From NCBI RefSeq assembly GCF_009834535.1, contig NC_045696.1, positions 61,072,001-61,136,000 on the forward strand: a stretch of DNA of 64,000 nucleotides, in the 5' to 3' direction. The position numbers and the translations under genes are program-made. The notes beneath the pieces were generated by a model. It was not told where the DNA came from. It was given only the letters and a program-made list of their open reading frames with translations, and did not search any database. Each line of letters begins with the position of its first letter. Within the stretch, counting starts at the first letter, position 1. Positions 25,401 to 37,500 of this stretch are shown here, piece after piece. This DNA comes from Camelus ferus. Its lineage: Eukaryota.

Positions 25401-27133
25401 TCACAGTTCGCATCTTGATTCCTGAACTGACTTACCCATATTTTCGTCTTCCTACTGTTTTCAACTTGCAGGTGGGGATGGAGGCTTCCTCCTCCTAAGG
25501 CTGAGTGTAGACTCCCCAGAAGACCTCACTGACCCCAGAGTGGTGGAGAGGCTGATGCAGCAGGTGAGTGGGCACTATCTGTGCTGGGGAGCAGAGCAGA
25601 GTGGGAGGTTCTCTGGGACTCTAGGGAAGATCTGCAGGATACAAAAGAGCCACTGCTACACTTGGGAGGGTATAGTTTCTTATGGAGAATTAGGAGCAAA
25701 ATCTAAGGATCCCTGCCTGACGTTCCTTTTGCCTGTTTTTCCCGAGTTCTGAATTCCCCTTCTCTGCAATGTAAAAAATTATTTCTCTCAACCAAAATTC
25801 CTCAGGCCCTAGGAAGATCAGGCCTTCTGGCTCCTGGGAGTAGGTCAATGATACTAATGGGCAGATAGGCAGGACTTTTGGTTGCAAGTGGCTGCACCCT
25901 ACTCATCATTGCTTACACAGACAAAAGGTATTGGCTAAGAAACTAAGAAGTGGCTATCCAGCTTCAGTTATGGCTGTATCCAGCAGCTCAAACTTGATCA
26001 TTAGGATTTCCTCTTTCTCTCCTCTTAGCTCTGCTCTCTTCGTTCCTGAGTCTCTTCTTATATAAGGAAAGGTGGCTGTGACAGCTGTAGATTCAAAAGG
26101 CACTGCCCTCTCCCAAGATCTGCATATCACACTAGGGAAGGACTGATCTCATTGACTAGAACAGCCACCACAACTGACAGTCTGACTGGAACCACATGGA
26201 ATGGGAAGGAGAATCCCCAAAGGAAACAGACATGCTAGACAGGGGGAAAAAAAACTCTAGATGGGGACCAAGATTATATTTATACAGTAAGTTGGGAAAA
26301 TTCTCCTAAAACCCAGATCACTGGACAAAGCTTCTAGGGGTGTGGAATTCTGGGATCAGGGCTTTGAGGGATGGTGTGAGCCATTGGGAAGTTAGAATGA
26401 GTCAGCTCAGGCTAGCTCTTGTGCCCACATCTTGCTGCCAGGGGATGATGGGAAGAGGGAATGTCTGGGCCCTTGAAGTTCTCTTAGTGGAAGGGGGTGC
26501 CTATCAGGACTCCTGTAATAAGGAGTTCCCTGAACATGGCTTGGGGTTTTGAAGTGAGACAGCCAAATAAATGACAAATGCCCACAGTGCATGATGATCC
26601 AAGTAGCAAGTGTGAATCCTAGTTGAATCCTAGCCAGGAATGTGTCAGACCCAAGCCCCTCAAACTGGAAACTATTTTAGGAGGTCAGAAAGAAACCAGG
26701 GAGATAGGAGCAGGTCAGGAGATGAGGTGCAGGAACCAGGCCGTGCAGGTGTTGGGCGTCAGTTCTTGTTGGGAGCTGGCCACTGGCGAGGGGCTCAGGG
26801 GTCAGACAAACAACAAGCTTTGGAAGGCTGGTAGATCTGAGTGTAGATTCCACTTCCTAACAGTGTGACCTTCGGTAAGTTACTCCATATTACTTCCCTT
26901 CCCTGTTAAATGAGGTTACTGTGAAATTTAAATGACATGAAGCACCTCACCCATGCTCAGGAGGTGTCCCTGGCCTCCTTATATGTCCTCTGTCCCTTCC
27001 TGTCCTTGGCCTGTGGTGAGTTCACAGGTCAGAGGGGCTGGAAGTACCACCTGATCCTTTTGCCCACCAGCTCCACCGTGAACTGTGCTTGCCTCTCGTC
27101 CGTGTCTCCCTGCTGCGTGTCAGGAGGAGCTGA
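18365..27133 (+). CDS. MUC20: Mucin-20, join(18365..18440,21791..23057,25472..25563,27071..27133); +1 frameshift near 22130 (pseudogene or assembly error); 498 aa if corrected
   Basis: Recognisable MUC20 motifs: MGSFWGLTLPLFFF, AIFD-LCT-DSSEEAK, SSESSASSD, GGFLLLRLSV.SPEDLTDPRV.ERLMQQLHREL...VSLLRVRR*. Confidence 0.93.
19411..19455. repeat. (CA)n microsatellite in MUC20 intron 1
   Basis: About 21 CA units. Confidence 0.95.
20625..20835. mobile_element. MER33-like DNA transposon
   Basis: ttaaatttgaatttcag...ctgaaattcaaatttaactgggcatc inverted-repeat core. Confidence 0.6.
21791..23057 (+). CDS. MUC20: MUC20 exon 2, Ser/Thr-rich mucin domain, frameshifted
   Basis: Acceptor acacag, donor G|gtaagt; covered by two overlapping ORFs (21733..22146 and 22124..23080); length 1267 = 3n+1. 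Confidence 0.9.
24167..24338 (+). mobile_element. tRNA-derived SINE (camelid Vic-1-like)
   Basis: A/B-box-like GGTATAGCTCAGTGGTAGAG...TCAATCCCCAG, A-rich tail, TSD aaaag(c)tcaatttatt. Confidence 0.88.
25307..25393 (-). mobile_element. Short tRNA-derived SINE (Vic-1-like)
   Basis: T-run followed by gggtactgggaattgagcccaggacc...ctctaccact; flanked by near-duplicated cagagttcacatctt / cacagttcgcatctt. Confidence 0.8.
25472..25563 (+). CDS. MUC20: MUC20 exon 3
   Basis: ttgcag| GGDGGFLLLRLSVDSPEDLTDPRVVERLMQQ |gtgagt; 92 nt, phase 1-0. Confidence 0.93.
27071..27133 (+). CDS. MUC20: MUC20 exon 4 (terminal)
   Basis: cccaccag| LHRELCLPLVRVSLLRVRRS*. Confidence 0.9.
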   Translation, partial: LHRELCLPLVRVSLLRVRRS

Positions 27134-27450
27134 AGAACATCAGCTGTGACCCAGCATGGCCGTGCGCTGAAGAGGGACAGTGCTGCCTGTGGCCTGGGCC
27201 CCACTAGGACTGGAGCCATGTTACTGCTTGAGATGTACCTGGAAGTTTCCCACGTAGATCAGCAGGCCTGAGGCCTTGCCCTTACTTACAGGGCAGTGGG
27301 ACCCTGGCTCACATATGCCTCACGTATGTGTGTAGGGAGGGGGTCTTCCCCTACACAGATGTCCTGGAACCTCCCCTGGCACATGTGTTGTGTTTCAGTA
27401 AAAAGTCACTTGATCACCTATCTGTTACCTGCTGTGTGCTTCCATCCTAC

Positions 27451-27456
27451 ATTAAA
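27451..27456 (+). terminator. Candidate MUC20 polyadenylation signal
   Basis: ATTAAA about 320 nt after the stop codon. Confidence 0.5.
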
Positions 27457-28019
27457 ATTACACTCATTGTGGTCCAGGGACACATTTTGATGATACTGGG
27501 ATTTAGTGCACCCTCACTGCTACCTCCCTCCTTTATGCTCCTCTGGTTCCTGGTTTGGACCTTGATTACAGCACTAACTGGGGCTGACCCCGGAGCCTTT
27601 TGAGCTGTGAGCTCCTTCAGAGCAGAAACCACATCTGTTTATCGATGTCACCTGAACTTAGCCCAGTGCCTGGCCCATAGTCAGATCACAGAGAATGCTT
27701 GTTGAGTTGACTTGAATTTCAAATTCTCAACACAGGCAATACTTAATTATTCCTCTTCTCATAACTCTTGTCATGTTACTTTTTAAAATTAAAAGTGGCT
27801 AATTTTTTTCTATGGTAGAAGTAAAACTTGCTTATGATTTAAAAATTTTGAGAAAATCTGAAAGGACCAAGGGGAGGGGAGAAGAAATGAGATGGGGGGG
27901 GAAGAGAAAGAAAAAAATGTCTAAAATCCATCCTACCCTTAGCTGTCGAGAGTTGTCTAGTTGTATCTCATACAACTATTGTTAATGTAGGTGTTCAGCC
28001 TCTCCGCATGGATGGTTCT

Positions 28020-28890
28020 AGTGGATCTCCACCAATAGATACCTTACATTCAACATTTCCAAAATCAAAGTACTAACCTTTCCCCTAAACCTGCTCTACC
28101 TGCATCTTCCTCATCTCAGTTAATGTCAATTACTTCCTTCAGTTGTTTAAGCCCAAATCCTTGGAACTATTTCCTATTCCTCTATTTCTTTCACATTTTA
28201 TATCCAATTCATGAGGAAATTCTGTTGGCTCTACTGTCATCAAAATACGCCCATAATGTGACCCCTCCTCACCATCTCCACTGCTCTCACCGTGGTCCAA
28301 GTTGCCATCACCTCTCACCTGGATGACTAGTATCCTCCCACCAGGCCTCCGTGTTTCTACCCTTGTCCCCCATCCCTTGTCTAGTTCAGTACATCAGCCA
28401 GAGCTGTCTTTTTATAATGTAAGGCAGACTATGTCACTCCTTTGCTCCAAACCCTCCCATTTCTTTCAGAGAAAAAGCCACATTCCTACAATGGCCCGCA
28501 AAACTGTAAACCATCTGTACCTCTCTGCTGTCCTCTTGAACTTGTTCATGACACACAAGCTACACTGACTTCCTTGCTGTTCCTTGAATGCACAGTCCTG
28601 CCTCGGGACCTTTGCATGCATTGCTCAGTCTGCTTAGAATGCTTCTCCTCCAGATATTCACTTGGCTAACTCCTCCTCCTCCTCCTTCAGCTTCTCAGTG
28701 GGTCTACCTGACCACCCTCTTCTGCTTTGATTTTTCTTCATAACACTGATCACAACCTAACCTAATACATATTTTATTTATTTGTCTTATTTATTATCTC
28801 TCTCCCTCAACTAGAATGAAAGAGTTTGCACATTGCAGGATCCCTAGGGTCTTGGACAGAGCCTGGCACATAAATATTTGCTAAGTAAAG
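28020..28890 (+). mobile_element. LINE-2 3' fragment
   Basis: ctcaactagaatg...cagagcctggcacataaatatttg and upstream L2-like motifs. Confidence 0.7.
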
Positions 28891-29803
28891 AAGGAAACAG
28901 CAAGACAACTTGCATATTGCTCCAAAAAGGGAAGTATGTGTATTCATTTCACCCTCTTCCTCTAGAAGTGTGGGGCAGAATGAGTTTTATAAAGTAGGTT
29001 GGACAAAAATAATTCAAACACTCATGCTGGCATATTTGTTCAACACCTACAATAAAAGAAAGACTGTGTTGTGTGCTGTGGGGGGATTAAAGATGTCTCT
29101 TCCCACATGGATTAAAGTTAGTAGGGGGACGAAAACTCCTACTTATGCTTAGAAGCTCAGTTCATCCAGCACCTTCTTGTGGTGGCTTTCCTCAAATTCC
29201 CTAAAGAGGAACTAATTTACTAGTCTCTTTACGTTTCTGTTATAACACTTAATATGCTATATCATGATTGGTTTGTTTAAGTTTTTAAAATCATACATGC
29301 TTCAGGATATGCACCATGTGGTTTTGGTCTCTGTAACCCAGAACCTAGCACAGACCCCTGCACATGGAAGGCACTCAAATGTTTGCTAAATGACTTAGGT
29401 GATGGGCCATGTGAGCAAATGACCATTAAATATGAGCTCTGATTGGTAAGATAATGGCATTCAATGTTGAAGTAACAATATAAATTTAATGATATAATTA
29501 TTTTTAAACTGCACTATAGTGAGGCATGAATGGAGAGCAGTTTACATAACACTGCTGTTATATAAATCCAATTTTTAAATAGTTTTTCTTCTTTTTTTTT
29601 GGATAGTTTTTCTTTTCTTGCTTTACATTTATTCAAACAGATAATACCTAATAAAGTGGAAATTTTCATCTTAATTCTCTCTATATAAGTATATACATGT
29701 ATATACAGTACTGATTACTGTTATTATTGGAAGCAAAAATTTTGTAAAATATGGGATACACCAATTAGAAGCACTTAGGAATTAAAGTGTGTAATTATGC
29801 TTC

Positions 29804-29856
<53 letters not shown>

Positions 29857-29872
29857 GAGAGACAGAGAGAGA
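29804..29872. repeat. (TG)n(GA)n microsatellite between MUC20 and MUC4
   Basis: Direct inspection. Confidence 0.95.
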
Positions 29873-30946
29873 ATTACTGGAGATGACCAGTTAGCAGAAG
29901 TAATGTTACCAAACTAGCAAGAACCAGAAGTGCCTGGAGAAAATTCTCCAGTTATTTAAGATTCAAAGGTGTGTACATATGGGGTGAAATGCCACATTAT
30001 CTCATAACAGCAGGGTGGGTGTGGGCCTAAACAAGGTGGCCTGTCTAAAGTCACCGGTGACTCAGCACAAACTCAGGAGGTAAAGAACGCAAGGCCATGA
30101 TGACAACATTAGGTGGAACTTTTCTGACAAGAAACTTCCACTGAAGCTTTTTACTCTCCGTAGTTTTGCCTTTTCCAGGCTACTGTTGATTGGATCAGAA
30201 ATTGACAACTGATATAAGCTGGGCCAATCAGATTCTCTCTTTGTGGACTTGGGATATAGGACCAAGAGGCAACTACCCAGTTTCTACACAGAGTTGGAAA
30301 TGAGGTGCTCTAGACACAGAGGGTGTGGATTGGTTGTTGCCGGAGCTGTACAATGTAAGTGTAACGTTCTGCCTGCTAAGGGAGAGAAGGATGAGGTGGA
30401 AACTGATCAGTGGCAGGCAGAGAGAGACTGAGGGACTACAGGGTGGAGCAGCTCAGAAGACTCCACCTGGAGCCCAGGAGAGGACAGAGACAGTGCATCA
30501 GGGGTTGAGTACCCTAGGTCTAATGATGGGGTGATTCCTGGGAAGGGAGCTGAAATGATTTAATCCCTCCTCCAGGGAACACAGGCAGAGGGTACAGGAA
30601 CCAGATAGGAAAAGACACCGTGTATTTATCCCCTTGAAACTGATGTGCAGAGACCAGCAAGGCAGGGAGGAGTCCTGGGAGAAAGTTGAGGATACTCCAT
30701 ACTGGGGTATCTTTACCATCTTCCCCAGAGGCCAGGCCTTGGCTTGTGTTGGGGGGAGGGGAAGAAAGTGATGTGGAGGCTGAAGCAAGGATCTAAGTCT
30801 GGGCTAGAGCAACTGAGCTCCCCAATGTAGAGTAACTGAGGGCTGAAGCATCTCTGCGCCTCTACCTCTGTGCCAAGCCCTTCAGCCGCCAGAGGAAAAT
30901 CATGAATGAAATCCATGGCTTTGGAAACACAAGAAGTCAGAGGGAT

Positions 30947-31002
30947 TTTATTTAAATAGACTTTAATCAGAAGTAAACTAGAGTTTTGTGTGCAAATTTA
31001 TT
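30947..31002 (-). terminator. Candidate MUC4 polyadenylation signals
   Basis: AATAAA on - at 30997-31002 and 30947-30952, 330-390 nt after the stop. Confidence 0.55.
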
Positions 31003-31335
31003 TTGGTTTTTAATTTAGAGCCATCACCCCATTAACTCTGGTGTGTGCATGTACGTCTTTCTGTAGGTCGGTGTCCTCTTTGTGGGTATGTCCCTGTGAG
31101 ACTCTGTCCATTTATGTAGTAGGTCTTTACGGACCAGCCTCTGCGTCCACTGTGCTCACAAGATGTGATCTCGTCTTTATCATTCATTCTCATTACTCAT
31201 TTTTCTTGGGAAAGCCTTCAATCATCTTCCTTTTTCCAGTCTCTCCCAAACCACGGCGCTTGGAAGTGTGTGCAGGTGAGGCTGGGGTGGGTCGTGAGGC
31301 ATCCTAGGCCAGAGCTGCTCCTTTCGGGCGAGGCC

Positions 31336-31534
31336 TCAGTTTTCGCAGTTCAGCGGGTAGGAGGAGTAACGGGTCCCGCTGCAGCCGCAGAAGCGCAGGA
31401 CCACAAACACCGCGAGCCCCAGCAGCAAGAGGGCGCCCAGGGACCCGAAGAGGATCCCGAGGAAGGCGTCATATTTCACGCTCAGGTGCTCACAGCGCAT
31501 GCCCCAGGCCGTGTAGATGGAGGAGGGCACACAG
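31336..31534 (-). CDS. MUC4: MUC4 exon 25: end of EGF, transmembrane helix, cytoplasmic tail
   Basis: CVPSSIYTAWGMRCEHLSVKYDAFLGILFGSLGALLLLGLAVFVVLRFCGCSGTRYSSYPLNCEN*. Confidence 0.95.
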
Positions 31535-34500
31535 CTGGGGACAGAGAGAGGGGACACGGTCAGCAGGGGAGGAGGCTGGGGCTTAGCCTCTCCACCCCGC
31601 CTCCAGGGCCAGGGAGGTTTTCCACGACAGGCTGGGCTCCCCTCTAGGGAAGAGGCGGAGTCAGCCCTGAGGCGGGGCTGAAGCAAGGCCACTGGGCAAC
31701 TGAGGCGGGCGTGGAGATTAATTCACCTGGGTCACCTCCACCTGGACAGCGAGGAGGTGCGGGGCTGGCCGCAGGTGAGCATGCGCAGTCACAAACCCAG
31801 CCCCATCTCTCAGCGCTGCCCCCTCGCCCCCCTCCCCTGCCCCGGTGCCCAGCTCCATCAGTCCCCTCCTTGGACCCCGCTGCAGTGGGCAACCGTTGAC
31901 GCAGACGGAGGACGCTGATGTCACAAGAGGGCCCGGGTGGCGCTGCTCTTCTTAGCAGTCCTGAGCTCCCCTCACAAGAGCCCCGCAGACTGCTAATAAA
32001 TCAAGGGAACAGAGGGAACAAGGGAACAGAGGGCGCCGGTTTGAGAGGGACCTCACTGACTGGTACTGTTAAGGAGGGGCAGGGCCGGGCCTGGACACAG
32101 GACAGGGGGTTCCTTTTCCACAAGGAGACAGCAGGCTGTCCACCCAAGAAGCAAAATCTGGTGGAAGAGTTTGGCTTTGGAGCCCTTATCCTGCTACTTA
32201 ACTGCTACTTAACTGCTACTTATCCAGCCCTTAACTGCTACTTAACTTACTGGGTGCCGCGGGCAGGTTCCCTATCATCTCTAAGCTGCAGCTTTCACAT
32301 TTTTAAAATGGTCATAATATCCACCCTGTAACTGGTTTGAGCTGCAGAGGTAATATAGCATCTTTATTCTCTACACAGGGTAGGCACTCACACGTCTTCT
32401 TTTCCATTGTCCCTTTTTCTCTGATCCCCTTTCTCTTAATTACAAAGGGAAGCATCCTAATTTTCAGACACTGGGAGGTACCACGGCATTTCCGGACCCC
32501 TTGCAGTATCTTTGCCCAGCTTGGATTCCCCAGCACTGCCCTCCACCTCCTGTCCCCAGCCCCACTCACCTGCAGCGGGGTCCATCAGGCAGGTGCTGGC
32601 ACTGGCCTCCGTGCTCACAGTAGCCCTCGCTGCATGGGGACACGCAGGTGAAGCCGCTCTGGGGGCTGAAGACCAGGCGGTAGCCCTTGTAGCTGTTGCA
32701 TTGGAGGTAAGTTTCCAGTGTGCTCACATTCACTGTCAGGCAGGACACAAGTGAACAATGGAACACAACTGATTAATACCAAATCTGTATCTTTTCAATC
32801 AAGAATTCCATTTCCAGGCACTTATCCTGAGAAATAATTGGAAACACGCACAAAAGCTACACATGTTCATGGAAGCCCAGAATAGCATGGTTTATAATAC
32901 CAACAATGCTTGACAGGAGTGGTTTTGTTTAATAAAGAGTATTGTGCAACCAGTAAGCACCACGGAATAGAAAATGCATTGGTTAAGAGTATATGCTTTG
33001 ACGTCAGCCAGACCTGAGCTGAAATTCAAATTCTACTAACTAGTTGTGTGAATTGGAGGAAATTTCCTACCTCTTTCAGCCTCAGTTTCCTTATTTTTAA
33101 AAGGAAACTACCTTGCTGTAAAGTTTAAGGGAGATAATATATGCAGAGTATTCAGTACAGTGCCTGACATGGTAAGCTCTCAATAAACGGTCGCTGTTAG
33201 TATAATATTCTGTTTAAAATATAACACCCTATATTAAAACTGTAAAATGATATATCAAATTGGAATATGTATATAATTTACAAGGCAATATGTTCATAAT
33301 TGTTTAAGTAATGAGGAAGTTATCAAACATTAGGTATGATTTGATCCCTTTATTGTAAAACAATATTGATATGTGTGAAATTTCCTATGTATAAAAGAAA
33401 ATTCAGAAGAATGTGTGTTAAATGAATTTGTCTTTGGGTATTGAGATTACAGGTGATTTTTTTTTCTTTTTGTTAATTTGTGTTTCCTAGTTTCTACAAT
33501 AAACATATTGTACTTATATAGTAAAAGTTGTGGGGCTTTTATTGTTTATTTTCTCTAACAAAAGGCACAGTCATATCTAGGGTAGTCATTCCCTTACCCC
33601 CAACCCTTCCTCCCTGCCACACATACACATAATAGTTGGGAGGATTTCACATTGTTGCCGCCTGGGAGGAAGGAGGCTTAGTCTGGATTCTAGAAGAAGC
33701 TCTTGCTTGTCCTGGACTCACGGAACACAGCAGCTTCCGTTGGGTCTGGCATGGTCCCTGCCCTGTTCTCTGCCTCACTCACAAAGTAGGGTGGGCCATT
33801 CCTTTTCTTCTCTGGTAGACTTGCCAACCTCTCATTCCCATCAACTGGGGGCTCTCGGAGTTGAAAGAGCCCTCAGAAGTCCCATCTCATTTTCCAGATG
33901 GGGTTGTTGAGGCCCAGTTTCAGATGGCTTTTGCACGGGGTCACATTCTTTCAGGGAGGGGATGTCTCTATCCCTGGGCCAGGTCTCCAGCCTTCAACTT
34001 AATATCTCCAGCCAGAGGGCAAAGGCACAAAGGATGTCCTTGTTTATGTTTATAAAGTGCAATGGTCTTTAAACCAAATCATTATATATAACAATTTTAT
34101 AGAAAGAAAGCCATTAGGAGTGATGGTCAGGCAGTTGGAGTGATTGTTCTGTGAAACTGTACACGTGGGGGTGCATCAAGCAGTATTTTGCGCTCCTGCT
34201 GTTGAATCTAGAAGGATGGTGGGTAAAATGTTTATAATTTCTCTCAAAAGTTACAAACAAAAAAGTAAATTAACTTGTTTCTTGTCTGTGGCCCACTGTA
34301 CAATACATTTCAGCCATGGCTGGTTGGGCTGAAGCTCTGGGCCAGGCTCCCTCTGCTTCTCCTCCCTTAGCTACCCCAGTAACTGTCCCCAAGACAGTGA
34401 CTCACAAGCCATCACACTGTGCACGTCTTCTCTGGAGATAGGGTAGAAAATCACATTGCTCCTGGGCCCCTCACTTCTCTTTCTCCTCCTCCACTGGGCC

Positions 34501-37500
34501 TGGGGTAAGAAGGCCTCCACCACAGCGTCCAGCAGCTGAGTGTTCAAGAAGTCAATGACAGGGCCCCCAGGGAGGTACTGGAACTCCGAGATGATCTTCC
34601 AGTGGTGAACTGAGCTTCCTGAGGCCAGTGCTGCTGGAGAATCTCTGTGTAGGAGAGGCACAGTGAGCGGCTGAGTGGGCAGGGGCGTAGGCGAGGCCCC
34701 AGGGGCCAGGTGAGGACCAGGTAGGGACAGTCGCACTTACATCTGATTCACTTCTCTGTTCCTGAGGAAAGTCCTTACTTCCAGGTTCCTCAGCCTGTAG
34801 GCCACCTAAGACAGAGGATGGGGATTTGGGGGTGGTGGAAGTGGGGTGAGGCTCAGTCCAGAGAGGAGACCCTTCCCACTTTAGTGCATTTATTCATCCT
34901 TCTTTCCTTCCTTGAGTGTGAGCCCCAGTACCACCAGAATTTCTGTATCCCTACACGCCAGCTTAGCCTGGTGACTAGGGTGGGTCCCTGCTTGATAGAA
35001 ATGTGTTAGTGAGTGAAGGACTTTACGTACTCTCACCGCACCTCCTATCACAAGGCGAGAATTGGAAGTGAATGATCCCCACTTTACCTCTGATCACTCA
35101 CTCATTTTCTCCGCACATGTATAATGAACACCAATCACATGTAGCCAGACCTGGGGATGGCCAGGTGCAGGGGATGTCAGTGTGACTAAGGAACAGTCCA
35201 TACTCAAAGACCCATAGTCTGGCACGGTAGACAGACATCAAAGGATTTACCATGCAGCAGCAGCAGCAGCAGCAGAAGTAGGAGCAACTGTAATAATTAT
35301 TCTGGTAATTTTGTGATACATTGTGTTTCAGGCACCTCGTTAAGTGCTTTATGTACATTATCATTTAAACCTTGACACGGCCTATTGACATAAGTCCTAT
35401 AATTCTTTCTATTTTTACGGATGAGACATCAAATAATTTGTCTAATTATCATACCTGCTCTAGTGAGTGGCAGTGCCAGAATTTGAACCCAGGTAGGACT
35501 CTAGAGCCTCAAAACTCAACTACTGTGCTATTTGCCTGGGATTGGGGAATGGACGAGGGAGGGAGAGCCAAGAAGAGGGAGCCCCCAGCTCCTTCAGGGA
35601 AGTCAGGGAAGGCTTCCTGGAGGTGAAATGCCCACTGTGTTTCTTCCATATAATAACAAAGTGCAAGTCTCAAGGGATGCTCGGGAGGGGAGGCTGTGTT
35701 GACACCATGGACTCTGTCTATTGTGAGTTGGTCATTCCAGCCCCTTTGGAGGTATCTGTCCTGGGCCTTTCTGCCTTCCTCACCCTCAGCCTTCCCTGGA
35801 GCAGGAGGCTCCAGCCCCTGGCAGTTAACTCTAGATGCATGATGAGACCCTGCCCTGAACCTGCCAAGATCCACCTCCCCACCCAGAGCTGGCCCGCAGC
35901 ACTGACCGAGGCATTGACATCTGCAGAGGAGGCATTTTTGTCTTCAGTGAGTAACAGCTGGATGATTCTTATGGGAAGCTCTGGAGATGGGAGAAGCAGA
36001 TTTGTAATCGCCTCATAGGTTTACCCAGACTTACCCAAGGAGGCCAGCCCAGAAGACCGCCCAAATTTACAGTGACAGTAGGTCACCAGAAGAGTCAGGA
36101 GAAGTGGCCAAGTCTATTGACTCTCACACTAGTGGGTGTTAGACTATGGCCAGGGCTTCCCCGACTCTTGTCTCACTGAGCTGTGAGGTGGCCTTCAGTC
36201 TTTCCTCAGCAGACGGCTCAGGCCCGTGGTTCCTGCTGTGACAGCTGCCCCCTCCTCGCTCCCGTGCTCTACAGCTTACCACCAGCTGAGGGAAATTAGG
36301 AGTTCTGTCCTGTGAGTTTGAGGAACTTAGCCTGGCCCCCAGCGAAGAACTGGGGATGGCGGAGCATCTGGTCGTACCTCGGGCAGCTGGAGTGAAATTG
36401 TTTCCAGCCAGGAAGCAGCGAGTGTCGGTGAAGGCTGGGGGGCAGATGCAGGCAGGCTGGCAGTCCGCAGTCTGGGAGATGTAGCAGTGGCCGTAGTTAT
36501 AGCAGTAATTTGCAGGGCAGGACTTGTTCTGACAGGGGAAAGAGTTCTCCAGAGCTACAGAGGGAGCAGAGAGGTCAGCAATACCACACTTGGCAGCAGG
36601 GGGCAGCCTCCAGCCCGCGGAAAGATGCTCCCAGGACAGGCTTGGTTTCTATCCCCCCAAAGCCCGCTTAAACTGTGTTCTGCTCGTGGGCCACTCTGAA
36701 CCCCAAACTATCCTTCTTCCTTTTCCAGACGTTTCTTCACCGGGCAACCCCTTTTCCTCTGCCAGGTAGTGATTCTCCCACCTCTGCTGAGGAAATGGAG
36801 TGTTTATCAGACCCTCTCCATCAGGAAAGGACCCAGAAGGCTGGCAGGAGAAGGGCCCATCAGCCCACTTTCCTCACTGGCATCCCCTTTCTCACCTTTC
36901 TAAGGCTGTGGTTCTACCTTCTCTGGTCTCTGCTCAGAAGACGCAGTGGTCTCTAGATTTCATTGGGGCGCTTTAGAGGGCTTAAGAGAGGCCGCACCGT
37001 GATGTGATGCCCCTCATGGCTCAGAGGTCAAGGTGACTCAGAGATCCAGAAACAGATGGTGGGAGGAGGACTCAAAGGGAAGACAAGACACCCCTGCTGC
37101 CTGATGCCCATGGCAGCCCCTCCAAATGTCTGATTGGGGAGAGGCAGAGACCCTGGGCCCTGCATCTCAGAGAACCCTTAGGAGCCTGAGGGCCCCACCC
37201 CGGCTTGCTTCTTGTTCCCTGGCTGCTGTTAGAAGTTTCATCTCTTCTCCAGGCCATGTTCTGTCTTTTGTCCTGGGTTTCCCACATTGGTGCCTCAAGG
37301 CTGCTCTGGCCTCTCCTGCCTGCCTGTACAATGTTTTCTCCTTCAGTCTCACACCCTACCTACCTGCTTTCCCTCCTTATCCTACCCACCTGTACTCAAC
37401 ATTCTAAAGACTTGCTGGCAAATGGGGAGAAGTGGTTTGCCCTTGGTTGTCCCAGGCCCTAGAGATGTCACCTGTCCCCAGGACCACCTCCTGCCAATCC

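Noticed and set aside
35253..35277. (CAG)n as a polyQ or polyC coding tract; likewise (GGTCAT)n near 52490 as a His-rich peptide
   Set aside because: Short intronic microsatellites with no exon context.
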